A stretch of DNA of 63,306 nt, the filler included, from Octopus bimaculoides (lineage: Eukaryota): assembly GCF_001194135.2 (NCBI RefSeq). It is 9 parts of 8 records of this genome, joined end to end, with 100 filler letters (N's around TTAATTAATTAA, not from the genome) between each part and the next. Parts side by side here need not be neighbours in the genome. Positions count along the whole stretch, not along the records: positions 16,908 to 26,962 come from NC_068988.1; positions 27,063 to 36,211 come from NC_068984.1; positions 36,312 to 46,451 come from NC_068981.1; 6 more parts are not named here. One strand, given 5' to 3'. A program made the translations under genes and the position numbers. Shown one piece after another: positions 25,875-39,055 of this stretch. How positions within the stretch are numbered: position 1 is the stretch's first letter; each line of letters starts with the position of its first letter. The notes under the pieces are model-generated. The model was not told where the DNA came from. It saw only the letters and a list, made by a program, of their open reading frames with translations, and searched no databases.

Positions 25875-26249
25875 AGTGTGGTAATAGCCAGTTTCTTTTC
25901 TAATATTCCGCGTTATGGGATCGAACGCTGAACCACACGGTCGGAAATCCAACGTCTTAATCACATTATTGTATCTGCGTGCACCCATTTTACATGCAGA
26001 AACACATCTGTACATGAAATCTATCAATGTCGACACCAGGCGAGACTCACTAAGACATCAAAACTCTCAGTCATATAAATTCCTCTACCACCATCATCAC
26101 CGCCCCCACCTCATACATACATATACTATAAAACTCAAACACACACGCACGCACACACACAAACGCGTGCGAACACACAGACAACCTCATTGTTTTCTCT
26201 ACTCCCTCTTTTCCTCTCATTCAATAACACGGTTTCCTATCTATGTATC

Positions 26250-26962
26250 TCCCAGCTCTTCGGCCGTCCTCTCTTGTTTCAGCAACAACAAAAACAACAA
26301 CAGCAGCAGCAGCAGTAATATTAATACCAACTCCCTCCTCCACCCACCCCTTCAACTTAGGCAATACACAGTCACAACCTCCCCCATCACCATTATCAGA
26401 TATCTTATCCTCACCATCACCACTCCCACCACCACCACCACCATCATCACCACCTTCAACTCTAATAGCAACGATAACTTCGTTACGGGCAAGCAAAGAA
26501 GCTACTAAGTGGACGCTAAAATTGCTAAATATAACAGCCAAATTTCCCTGAACTTAGCTAGGATTGGCCAGGGGTTAAACAAGCATATCTATGATCAAAA
26601 GTGCTTCCGTCAGGATGATCTTAGCTGTTTTTGTTTTGTTTTATTTCTTTTTATACTATGTTAGTTAATGCGGGCTTACATTTTTTAAGACGTTAGTTCA
26701 AGCTGTGAGAGATTTGGCTGCTATTTCTAGCAGTCGATACTTTGATGATCGTGATGACATATTGTTGATGTTGATGTTAGTCGTGTTAATGGTACTGCTG
26801 CTAGTGGTGGTGGTGGTGTTGGTAGTGGTGGTGGTGGTGTTGGTAGTGGTGGTGGTGGTGTTGGTAGTAGTTGTGGTGTTGGTAGTGGTAGTGGTGTTGG
26901 TAGTGGTGTTGGTGGTGTTGGTAGTAGTGGTGTTGGTGTTGGTAGTGGTGGTGGTGTTGGTA
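26250..26962. repeat. Compound trinucleotide low-complexity tracts (AAC/CAG/CAC; GTG/GTA/GTT)
   Basis: Direct inspection; these produce the poly-N/S, poly-P and poly-V pseudo-ORFs. Confidence 0.9.
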
Positions 26963-27953
26963 NNNNNNNNNNNNNNNNNNNNNNNNNNNNNNNNNNNNNN
27001 NNNNNNTTAATTAATTAANNNNNNNNNNNNNNNNNNNNNNNNNNNNNNNNNNNNNNNNNNNNCAAACAAACAAACAAACAAAATAAAGCAGATGCAGCAA
27101 AACAATTTTAGAATAAACAGACATCGAGAACGCACTAATTTGAAAGTTAGAAAAATATCGAGAATTTCTTTCGAAATTTTATCTGACCAACCACCTTTGC
27201 ATAATTAGTTGAGAACGAACAAGTTATCGCTTTCTGATACGTTGTTCAGTAAAATTTTCTGAAAAAAAAAAGAAAAAATGCAGTACCGAAAGAAAAATTT
27301 CAATCTGTGCAGCAACTAGTAATAAATAAATTTCATATTTTCTTATTTTCTTTCCACTCCAAAGCATATTTTTATCAGAAATGAAAACAACTGAGTAGAG
27401 AGATTTGAAAAACAATGAAACGGCAAAGCACTGATTAAAGAATGTAGAAAAATAGATTTGTGATTTGAATCACCTTTGTATATAACGGGTTGAGTAATCT
27501 GTCATTAGTTCACTAGCTGTATATCGACACCTGCATAAGCCGTATTAGTATATCGCTTTATTATCAGCTAAGGAATTGATGGAAGAAGCATGATTGTCTC
27601 CAGGTTATATAATATATGTGCCGCACAACCACGAAGGCCGTGAAATAACGATTTAATAAATTTCATTGCATGATAAGTCAACTGAAAGATCAATCTAACT
27701 ATGCTGCTCAATTTGAGTTGCTACCAGCAACTATATTATTAAGTTATGAATTCGAGCAGAAAGGCAAGTAACATGTCACAATGAGAAGACAGGCGGTATA
27801 CATGCGATAATGCTTCTATGCACATGCATGTCATTGACGTAGCCCATGTATATATATCTCTCTCTCCCCCCTCTCTCTCTCTCTCTTTCTCTCGATACAT
27901 ACATACATACATACACACATACATACATACATACATACATACATACATACATA

Positions 27954-28655
27954 GGAAACTATAATGAAATCTCTCGGAAAGATAACCCCGAGGACAAAGA
28001 AATAAGAACCCACAGTATGGTGGAAGCCATACCCACTCATAATAATAAGGAGTACTGAGGGAATGTCCCAGTGAAGACCTCAATAAAATGTAAGCACAAC
28101 AGACTTGATATAATGATTTGGGATAGAGAAGAGAAACTGTGCAAAGTTGTGGAAATTAGCTGCCCAACAGACGTTAACATAAAGCTGAAGATCAGTGAAA
28201 AAGAGAATATCAACTCTGAACTATTGAGTAATCTGCAGTTACTCTATCCAGATTACAAGTTCAGGTTCATACCTGTAATTATTGGAGCCCTGTGAAATGT
28301 AACACACTGCCTAAGTACTAATCTTGAGAAGTTAGGCTTCTCAAAACCAGAAAGGAGAAAGCTAATTCGAAGACTACAGATCCAATCCATCACTGAAACA
28401 GTGAAAATTTGTAAAACTTTCCAGAAGTTTATCATTTAAATGTATATGAGCATGTCTAGATATGCAACTATATGCATGAGAATACATACATAAAGCAAAA
28501 CATTCAAATCTGCACACATACATACATACATACATACATACATTCAAAAGTACCCTGTTGCTGATATTGTAATTCTAATGAAGGAACCTTGAATCTAGGT
28601 TAGAAACCGACTCTTTCTCTATTGGCAAGAAATCTTGAAATAAAACTGAACAATG
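27954..28655 (+). mobile_element. 5'-truncated LINE with restriction-like endonuclease (R4/NeSL group), second subfamily
   Basis: [39 protein letters not shown]...EKE...YPDYKFRFIPVIIGAL = PD-D-EK..Y RLE layout; stop at 28437-28439; 5' junction abuts (CATA)n. Confidence 0.85.
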
Positions 28656-29541
28656 TGATATATATATATATATATATATANNNNNNNNNNNNNNNNNNNN
28701 NNNNNNNNNNNNNNNNNNNNNNNNNNNNNNNNNNNNNNNNNNNNNNNNNNNNNNNNNNNNNNNNNNNNNNNNNNNNNNNNNNNNNNNNNNNNNNNNNNNN
28801 NNNNNNNNNNNNNNNNNNNNNNNNNNNNNNNNNNNNNNNNNNNNNNNNNNNNNNNNNNNNNNNNNNNNNNNNNNNNNNNNNNNNNNNNNNNNNNNNNNNN
28901 NNNNNNNNNNNNNNNNNNNNNNNNNNNNNNNNNNNNNNNNNNNNNNNNNNNNNNNNNNNNNNNNNNNNNNNNNNNNNNNNNNNNNNNNNNNNNNNNNNNN
29001 NNNNNNNNNNNNNNNNNNNNNNNNNNNNNNNNNNNNNNNNNNNNNNNNNNNNNNNNNNNNNNNNNNNNNNNNNNNNNNNNNNNNNNNNNNNNNNNNNNNN
29101 NNNNNNNNNNNNNNNNNNNNNNNNNNNNNNNNNNNNNNNNNNNNNNNNNNNNNNNNNNNNNNNNNNNNNNNNNNNNNNNNNNNNNNNNNNNNNNNNNNNN
29201 NNNNNNNNNNNNNNNNNNNNNNNNNNNNNNNNNNNNNNNNNNNNNNNNNNNNNNNNNNNNNNNNNNNNNNNNNNNNNNNNNNNNNNNNNNNNNNNNNNNN
29301 NNNNNNNNNNNNNNNNNNNNNNNNNNNNNNNNNNNNNNNNNNNNNNNNNNNNNNNNNNNNNNNNNNNNNNNNNNNNNNNNNNNNNNNNNNNNNNNNCATA
29401 CTTTACGTTTAAATTTCTATAATTTTGAATTTTTATCACTTCTTATTTTGAACTTGACAAAAATAGACGTATTGTTGGAATATCGTTCAACTAATAAAAT
29501 ATCTCACAATCGAATCGCGTTCTTCGTCTTGACTATTATTA

Positions 29542-29597
<56 letters not shown>

Positions 29598-29639
29598 TTC
29601 ATTATCATCTTCTTTCAGTCTCTTTCTATTTCTTGCCGA

Positions 29640-30045
29640 GTGTCTTCCTGACACCTATGGCGGAGAAACGCACTGTATACATTGTTAGGCCATTAAAACA
29701 AACACACCAGATTATTCATTTACAAAATCATGTGATAGAGAAAAATGGGGAAGAAAGAAAGGAAAAGGAAAAAAGAAAAAAGAAAAAATGGAAAGAAAAT
29801 AAAGGGGGAAAAGGGAAAGAAAATTCACAGCAACAATGCTTTTCTCAGTACGTGTGACATACCAATTAAGACAATCTTTTGCACTTCCTGCATGGATAGT
29901 AAGCCAGGGATCTTTCTTAAATAATTTTAGTTCCTTTTTGTTCATTCTAAGTGCTCCTATAATCACTGGTATTGTAACCGTCTTGAAATGCCACATCTTT
30001 TCGATTTCGATTACCAAATCTTTGTATTTTCTGAGCTTATTAAAT
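29640..30045 (-). mobile_element. R4/Dong-type LINE 3' fragment
   Basis: KLRKYKDLVIEIEKMWHFKTVTIPVIIGAL...QEVQKIVLIGMSHVLRKAL (one frameshift); (ATT)n at about 29536-29605 lies 3' of it. Confidence 0.8.
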
Positions 30046-30867
30046 CCTCATCCACTCCCCAAAAATGGCTGCCCTTGTGGTAAAATTTGAAACCATTATT
30101 ATTATTTTCATTTTACGGGGCTCTACAATTCACTGCGCTGCGGTCACAATAGTGTTAAGCGGGTTGGAGACAAAGATCTCCTTGGACGAAGCACCAATGC
30201 TTCAGGTTTTTTTATTTTTTATTTCAGTGATAAGATAAGAATTCAACGTGGTAAATACGCGAATCCTTTGTCGTTATCGTTGTTTAGAAAATACTCCAGG
30301 CCAAAGTATTCCAGCTATGACCAGCCCATGGGATATCTAAAACCACTTCAACTAATGTCTTCTCTTTAGGATGGCAAGGTATTTTCTGGCAGATTGTGGA
30401 ACCCTTTTTTTCCTCGACATTTTGTTCATTGTAGAGCGCAGAAAAGTATATTATGTACATGAAACACCCGTAAGTCAAGAAGAAATTAAATAGAGCTCTA
30501 GGTTAGATTAGATTGTCACAACTGAAACGCTTTTGAAGATTCTAGTCGTAACAATACCGTCTAAATTTTAGCAGTAAATTATGAAATATATTCTTTTATT
30601 TTTAGATGTTAGAACAGTCATGGGCAATCTGCGACCCGTTAACGAAAAGGTACCTAATGTCTGAGTGACACGCCAACGAAAAATTACCTTGAATATTATT
30701 AGTTGATGATGAGCTAAGTTTTTTGCTTCTAAAAATGTCCATGCCTGCATTAGAATCTGATTTAAGAGAAATTTGGCTCTTCTTTCTAACAGGTCGACCG
30801 ACCACATTGAATCTTTTCACCGTCAAGGGCTCTCTCTATTTAAATGAATTTTCCCTTGGACTCTAAG

Positions 30868-31563
30868 CAGTGCCGGATTTAACATTGTGTTTAAGTATGC
30901 TTAAACACAGAGCTCTATTGACCAGAGTCCTGTTGACCTGCCTAAAAAGTTTGATACTTTTTGGTTATCTCACCCCCATCGAAAAATTGGATGATATTCT
31001 CCTGTCATCTTAAAAATTGTTTAACCTTCAATAAAACAAAAAGAAAAATGAAAAAATTAATAAACAGGAAAAGCGAAAAGATTGAACGTCTTATTGAATC
31101 TGATATTATATTTATAACAAATCATACAAAACTGAAAAAATTAATAAACATGAAAACTGAAAAAATTAAACATCTTACTGAATCTGATAATATTTTTATA
31201 ACAAATCATACCATTCCTAAAGAGGAGGCCAAACATCAACAATGTGTTGAAGTATTGAATCAAAAGGATCTAACCCTTTTAATTCTCTTGTCACCACATA
31301 CACTCAACTTTTTAGTGGGGAGGTAACCCAATTTTTTAATAGCAATTTTTTAATGGGGGTGAGATAACCAAAAAGTACCAAACAATTTTTACGACGTTCT
31401 AATGTTCTAATGTTTTTCCTAAAAGTTATAGAAGTGAAATTAATAATGTGAATGCTTTTACATGTTATTTTTTAACATAAAGGAGCCAAGTAAGAGCCCT
31501 CATAAATAAGGGACCTCATAACTTAACTAGCACAGAGCCTCATTTGTCCTAAATCCGGTACTG
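30868..31563. mobile_element. hAT-type non-autonomous element (696 bp)
   Basis: 14-bp TIRs cagtgccggattta / taaatccggtactg; 8-bp TSD actctaag (30860-30867) vs actataag (31564-31571). Confidence 0.85.
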
Positions 31564-32029
31564 ACTATAAGCTTTCGAAAGAGTTGTTTAATCAACAATC
31601 TCTGAACTCGGTTCACAGACCGCTAGTACTGTGGGGTAGGGGGCGTCACTGGGGTTCACGGATCCCCAGGTTAGAGTCCCCGGGCATTGATTCACTCTCG
31701 TTTGATCGGATAGAGTTGTTGAGTGTCTTGGATAATAGGATACAACGTAAAAATGAGTAACAAACTATGATCCGCATGCTTTTAGTTGCGTGTCTGGTGG
31801 TACCTTATCACCACGGTCATCCTCACTCACAAACAAATATATCTTGTGTTGGTAAATCGATAGTGTACTGAATTATCTCATATTTGTTTTATTAGTTAGA
31901 GTAAATATGAATGTGTGTTTCATTATACAAGATGTTATCCCTTTTATCTCCTTTTAATCAACGTACTCGACCATCCTTTCACAACTTTTTTTCTGTTGTT
32001 CCTATCAAACGAGCATTAGAAATTCACAG

Positions 32030-32135
32030 ATTTCTTCTTTCCCTCCCCCTATCACTTTCTCTTTGTTTCTTCCCTCATCTCCTACTTTCTCTTTCTCTCC
32101 CCACCCTTTCTTTCTTTCTTTCCTTCTTTCTTTTT

Positions 32136-32174
<39 letters not shown>

Positions 32175-32515
32175 CGTTCACTAATATCACTTTCCTTTTA
32201 GTATTCAACTTCATATTTTATACGTTTCTGTCTTTCTCTTCGTTCCCTCTTCGCTCATTTTCTATCCTTTATTCTTCTGTTTATCCTTGCTTTATTATTT
32301 CTTTATTTGATCCTTTTTTTTGTCTCTCATTCTTTCTCTCAATTTCCTCTTTTCTTTTTCCTTTCTTTGTTGTTATTACTTTGTTGCTCTTCTGTTTTTC
32401 TTCCTCTCCCTACTTTTCTTCTCAGTTCGCACTGTCTTTCAATTCAAATTAATTTTCGCCATCTCTCTTCCCCTTCCCCACCTCACCCCTCTCCTTCCCG
32501 TTCTCTCTCTCTCTT

Positions 32516-32548
<33 letters not shown>

Positions 32549-32660
32549 TTCTCTCCCCCTCTCTCGCTTTCTTATTTTATTTATTCAACCACCACAGTTT
32601 CCATTTCTTTCAGCATTCTCTCATCCCTTCTCTCTTCTGTTTCCCTCCTCCATCATATCA
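32030..32660. repeat. Polypyrimidine low-complexity tract ((CTTT)n, (CT)n)
   Basis: Direct inspection. Confidence 0.9.
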
Positions 32661-33238
32661 TTAAACATTCATCGAATGACAACGCTCACACATGCATACT
32701 CAACAGAACACGCGTAAAAGATGCATATACATTCCCAAGCCATGCACACATCCAAGTAAATCACTGAAATATTTGTGTCTATTTTTACAGTTTCACTTAC
32801 TCATATTTTATTCATCTGATGTGTTCAATGAAGTAATTCAGATAGAAAACAAGTCACAACAACGACTGATGCTTTCTTGTCGCGCTCCATAGATATAAAG
32901 TGTAAAGTTACACAATTACATATAAATAATTAAACATACACCTTAAAATATTTGATTACAACTGCACATTTCTTTTGAACGCAAGTTTTACACACACGCA
33001 CACACACACACATTTAATCATGCATGCTTACACGTATATATCTTAGGTGTATATATATATAGACAAAAATGTAAACAAGTGCTGTAAAATGTATTTGTTA
33101 GATACATAGAAGGATAGATATACATACTTTAATGGGTATTGATTAAATAAAATCTTCCTGACTTTTAAATTAAAGCCTTGAGGTTGTAGCGTTACTTCTG
33201 AAGTATATGAATCTACAGAGTTATGTTTCACAAGTTCT

Positions 33239-33326
33239 ATGTTCCTAACAGTCAAACCAGAGAACTTAAAAGGACAACGTTTAAGAGTTGAAAATTGGGT
33301 GCTCGAGCGACGAAGGCGGCAGCAAG
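33239..33326 (+). CDS. Possible exon (first coding exon from ATG 33239, or 75-nt internal exon from the acceptor at 33251)
   Basis: Open frame MFLTVKPENLKGQRLRVENWVLERRRRQQ ending at a consensus AAG|GTGAGT donor (phase 1); CpG-rich. No homology recognised. Confidence 0.25.
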
Positions 33327-33744
33327 GTGAGTAAATTGTCTTCGTGTTTATTCTTGACAAAAATGACATAGTCGCATCGCCGAAAATACAAACTTTCAGA
33401 TTAAATACAGGTAACCATAAAGAAATCCTCTTGTACCCAAATTTCGATCAGCTGATCTCATTGGAGTTATATCCCATGATAATGTTTTTTGCCCCTCTTC
33501 TCATTGATTTTATACATCCACAGAAAGAGTTTTTGTCTACAACTTGCTTTGGTAATTTCATTTAAGCCATGGTCTCCAACGCTCTATATTACATGTGTAA
33601 GACCATACTGTTAAAGGAAAAGCGAACATAGAAACTTTTGAACAGTAACAAACAAATACATGCATTTGTAAATACATTATAATTGCGAGAACATGTATAT
33701 ACAATGTATAAAACATATGCAGAGTATTAAACATATGCACACGT

Positions 33745-34025
33745 GAGTGGATTTGGTAGACAGAAACTGAAAGACGCCCGTCGTGTATGTTTGTGTGTGT
33801 GTGTGCGTGCGTGTGTGTGTGTGCGTGTGTGTGTGTCACCATCACTTGACAACCGATGTTGGTGTGTTTACCTCACCGTAGCATAGCGGTTCGGCCTAAG
33901 AGACCGGTACAATAAGAACTAGGCTTACAAAGAATAAGTCCTGGGGTCGATTTGTTTGACTAAAGGCGGTGCTCCAGCATGGTGGCAGTCAAATGAGTGA
34001 AACTACTAAAAGAATGAAAGAATGT
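33745..34025 (+). mobile_element. SINE family A (5'-truncated)
   Basis: gtgagtggatttggtagacagaaactg through the tail. Confidence 0.85.
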
Positions 34026-37000
34026 ACGCACACTCATACACACATATATATTTGCGTGTATGTGTGCATATGCGTATGTATGTGTGTGTACATACACGTA
34101 TCTACTTGTATAAACACGAAAATGTTTTCACATTGTTTCCTCTTTTAAACAATACACGCACAACTATATAAAAATACAGATGCCTGCATGTACTTATGTA
34201 TGTGTGTATGCTTGTATGTACGTATGTATGCACATTACATACGCATATATACATACACATGCAAANNNNNNNNNNNNNNNNNNNNNNNNNNNNNNNNNNN
34301 NNNNNNNNNNNNNNNNNNNNNNNNNNNNNNNNNNNNNNNNNNNNNNNNNNNNNNNNNNNNNNNNNNNNNNNNNNNNNNNNNNNNNNNNNNNNNNNNNNNN
34401 NNNNNNNNNNNNNNNNNNNNNNNNNNNNNNNNNNNNNNNNNNNNNNNNNNNNNNNNNNNNNNNNNNNNNNNNNNNNNNNNNNNNNNNNNNNNNNNNNNNN
34501 NNNNNNNNNNNNNNNNNNNNNNNNNNNNNNNNNNNNNNNNNNNNNNNNNNNNNNNNNNNNNNNNNNNNNNNNNNNNNNNNNNNNNNNNNNNNNNNNNNNN
34601 NNNNNNNNNNNNNNNNNNNNNNNNNNNNNNNNNNNNNNNNNNNNNNNNNNNNNNNNNNNNNNNNNNNNNNNNNNNNNNNNNNNNNNNNNNNNNNNNNNNN
34701 NNNNNNNNNNNNNNNNNNNNNNNNNNNNNNNNNNNNNNNNNNNNNNNNNNNNNNNNNNNNNNNNNNNNNNNNNNNNNNNNNNNNNNNNNNNNNNNNNNNN
34801 NNNNNNNNNNNNNNNNNNNNNNNNNNNNNNNNNNNNNNNNNNNNNNNNNNNNNNNNNNNNNNNNNNNNNNNNNNNNNNNNNNNNNNNNNNNNNNNNNNNN
34901 NNNNNNNNNNNNNNNNNNNNNNNNNNNNNNNNNNNNNNNNNNNNNNNNNNNNNNNNNNNNNNNNNNNNNNNNNNNNNNNNNNNNNNNNNNNNNNNNNNNN
35001 NNNNNNNNNNNNNNNNNNNNNNNNNNNNNNNNNNNNNNNNNNNNNNNNNNNNNNNNNNNNNNNNNNNNNNNNNNNNNNNNNNNNNNNNNNNNNNNNNNNN
35101 NNNNNNNNNNNNNNNNNNNNNNNNNNNNNNNNNNNNNNNNNNNNNNNNNNNNNNNNNNNNNNNNNNNNNNNNNNNNNNNNNNNNNNNNNNNNNNNNNNNN
35201 NNNNNNNNNNNNNNNNNNNNNNNNNNNNNNNNNNNNNNNNNNNNNNNNNNNNNNNNNNNTATATTATTTATATTATTATATGATCGAACGCCACGTATTC
35301 ATTTCCAAGTAAGTTTTATCGTAATAATTCTGATGTGCACTCTACAAATATCTTTCTCCTCCCTTATTCTTCTTTCTTTCTGTCTTTCTTCTCCTCCTCC
35401 CTTCACCGTTCTCTTTCTCCCCCTCACTCTTCCTCCTTGACTTTTTCGTTGCTCACGCGTGACCAGCGGCTATCTTTCTCTTTTTTCCTCTTGCTTTACA
35501 AGAGACAAGACGCTTTTGCCTGTCTCATGTCAAGCTCGTTTCTCCAGCATTCATCAGTTCACCTCGTGATGGCTTAACAGCACTTACTGTTTGTTCTTAC
35601 TGTTTTGTTCTTACTGTCCTATTTTTGCTACCACTTTAACCCTCTGCAAATCCCAAATTTTATTTAATTTGCTTTGCGGGAACGACTGTTTTAACGAAGT
35701 TGCGTCTTGTCCTAACGTTCGAGACGCGGAGTAGATAAACAGGGGACAGCTGATGAAGGGATTGCTCTTTAAGTTACCTGCCTCGTTTCTCTATTTGTTT
35801 CTTTCGTTGTTAAAAAACAAAAGTTCGTCTTCCGTGTTTTTCGTTTTTTTATGTTCTCGTTTTTCATTTTGTTCACGTTTTTTGACATCCTGTACCCATA
35901 TATGCATGTATATATATATATAATAATAATAATAAAGGAGTTACGACGCAAAAACGTATATATTCAAATGAACATATTTATCTTCTTCAATATATATTTC
36001 AGTATAAAGAATTCATTAAGAGACTTAATAAATCAAAATTTCTTTACACATCATTCAGGAATAAATATAACATCAGAAAAAATACATTCGGTTTAAAAAG
36101 ACAAACTGTTCATGGCGAAAAAATTTCACAATTACAAAAACCGAACAAAATTTTTAAAGTTTTAACAAAAAGAACGCTATTACCTACATACAGGCATATA
36201 TATATGTAGGTNNNNNNNNNNNNNNNNNNNNNNNNNNNNNNNNNNNNNNNNNNNNTTAATTAATTAANNNNNNNNNNNNNNNNNNNNNNNNNNNNNNNNN
36301 NNNNNNNNNNNATGCTTATTAATGTTCTAAGCTCTAACTTTGAAAGAGAAATTTCTTTTAATATATTCTCTGTTATTTTGAAAATTAAATGAAGTTATGT
36401 GTCTATATATAAAACTGATACTTTCACTATTATATGGTTTCAATTTCAATTACTTTCACTATGTATTTATAACTTTATTGCTTTTGACCTAAATAAATAT
36501 ATTTATGTATGTATATATATGTAGTGGATCTTGCATGCATGAAGTGGATTCGATCCACCATAGCCAAATTTAAATTAACACTGCAACAGAACTTTTCCCC
36601 ACGGTGGAATAATGGTTTTTTTTTCTTGGGGTTTCTTGCTTTTATAACTATCCAGAAGGATAGACATGTCATTGAGAATAATAGATTTAGTTGGTGGTCT
36701 TGTTATCTCTATTCTAGATCCACTACATATATGTGTGTATATACACATGTGTACAGATGTAGGATCTTGTAGGCATGAAGTGGATTCCATCCACCATAGC
36801 CAAATTCAAATTAACACTGCAACAGAACTTTTCTCACGGTGGAACAATGGTTTTTCTCTGACAGCAGTTTTACATTTGCCAGATTGCCTTTAGCTAGGCC
36901 CGAAATAATGTCTTCACCACTTGATCCTTATAACCTCTTCTACTTCACCAAAAGCTAGAATAAAGATATCACAGTACCACCAACGAAGCTCATTGTTCTC

Positions 37001-37614
37001 AACGATATGTCTATCCTTCTGGATAGTTTTAAAAACAAGAAACCCCAAGCCAAAGATGAGTAGTCACTTGGTGACAACTGAGCGAGGCAGCTCGTGATGA
37101 CTCAGTTAGTTAGGGAATGGACTGCTAGAATCATGATCACAAGGAAGGCAGCTACTAAAAACAATGGTCAATGAGAGAAATGAAATTTACTGTCAGCAAC
37201 TGTGAGACAACATCCCACAACCCTACAACTTTCACTAGCTCTAATTCTGTTCTCTTACAACATCATTCTATCGTTATCTGTGGATTACTACTAACAATCC
37301 ATGTATGCCAAACTATGCAAAGAAAGATTCTACCACATCTAACTTTTTTTCGCATTGCTCTCGGATGTTATAACCTGCCCATCGAGGTGTGGTATTTATC
37401 AACGTAACGGTAAATAAATACTTTCTTAAAACTTCATGCATTGTTCATCTTTCACATCCTACAACTTGCCGTTATAACAACAAATTTTTATCGTTACAGC
37501 TGCTGACTCCGACATTTCATATTATTGTGTACCTAATCAATCTTAACTGTTACATATATATTTGTATATGATGATGATGATGATATGTATGTATATATGT
37601 ATATATAAAGTATA

Positions 37615-37810
37615 AATGCCTAGCGGTATTTCGTCTGCCATTACGTTCTGAGTTCAAATTCCACCGAGGTCGACTTTGCCTTTCATCCTTTCGGGGTTGA
37701 TAAATTAAGTACTAGTTCTGCACTGGGGTCAATGTAATCGACTTAAGCCCTTTGTCTCTCCTTGTTTGTCCCCTCTATGTTTAGCCCCTTGTGGGTAATA
37801 AAGAAATAAG
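37615..37810 (+). mobile_element. SINE family B (5'-truncated)
   Basis: gagttcaaattccaccgaggtcgactttgcctttcatcctttcggggttgataaattaagtac...ccccttgtgggtaataaagaaataag. Confidence 0.9.
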
Positions 37811-37942
37811 ATGGCTGCACCAGGCTCCAATATGATCTGGCAGAACTTCTACAGCTGGATGCCCTTCCTAACGCCAACCACTCTGAGAGTGTAGTGGGTG
37901 CTTTCTATGTGCCACCGGCATGAGACGTGCCACTGGCACGAG
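37811..37942 (-). mobile_element. SINE family E fragment (RTE-tail related)
   Basis: ctacagctggatgcccttcctaacgccaaccactc core shared with 56945-57300. Confidence 0.75.
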
Positions 37943-39055
37943 GATATATATATGTATGTATGTATGTATGTATGATGGAATGGAAGGTTTATGATACCTG
38001 TGGAGTGTCTCCTTCTACCATTATAATTGTTTTGTAGTTTCAAGGAGCTGGAACAGGTCACCGGTTTGTAATGTCTGTGCAAAGCGAGGTGATGAGAATG
38101 GCTCCTTAGTACATCACACGGTCGATACAATAAATGTAAATAGAACAATGCATATATGTGCCAGAGGGAAATAAGAGACACAACCGGATAGGATGTTTAA
38201 AAGAAGAAGATTTATTGATATGATTGTGTGTGTGTCATTTATACATAATAATAGACAGGCTGTCATAAGAATAAGATGTAAGTGTATGTATGTAAGCATA
38301 GACATATGCGTGTTAAGAACATATAAGGATGGCGATGAAGAAGAGACAGTGAAAGAGTCTGTAGCCATCGAAGTGAGGAGTCAGTTCATAGACACAAGAA
38401 TGGTAAACACCAATTTGTAGTCAATTGTACACAATAGTTGAAATATTGTATCAAAAGTTGCAGCAATGATGCAGAGCCGGTTGCGATACATGTCTTATGT
38501 GAAGTTGTGGGTCACTTGGTACAGGAGTTCTCGCAAGTTGTATATTCGCTGTTGATCCATGGTGAAGTAATTCACGAATAGTGCAGTGTTGTAACCAGTG
38601 CGAGTACAAAGAGAGATGTTGACATTAGGACGAATGGTGGGGATGGAGATGGAGGTTGCCAAATGCTGTTGGACGATGTTGGTGAGTGTCAACTTGGCTG
38701 CTGTTGTGTTGTCGCTGGAACTGGCTGTGTCTTGTGTGGTCAGTGGTTAGACCTTAAAAGGTCTGGAACCGAAAGACATTGAGATGATGAGAAGCTAGGG
38801 TTTTATAAGGGGATGTAGGCTCAAAGCTGGGTAGAAAACAGGCTGTCACACATGACCTTATTTGAAGGCTGCAATTGGTTGGGTTAGAGTTGCGGACACA
38901 ACAAGGTCTAAAATGTGGCCAAAGGCTGTTGTCTACTTTTACTCTCACCCCAGCATGAGGAATAGTAGAAGTGTCATTGAATAGTAAGAGAGGGGGTCAA
39001 AGTGTGACACACTGACACACAGAAATAAGTTTTCACATTTATTATATTAGATATA

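Noticed and set aside
26221-27010. Poly-Pro, poly-Gly and poly-Val ORFs
   Set aside because: Trinucleotide low-complexity tracts with no splice or homology support.
28575-28612. CTAATGA...GAAACC hammerhead-like string in the RLE LINE 3' region
   Set aside because: The essential core G is A, the stem II closing pair is missing, and no stems I/III were found.
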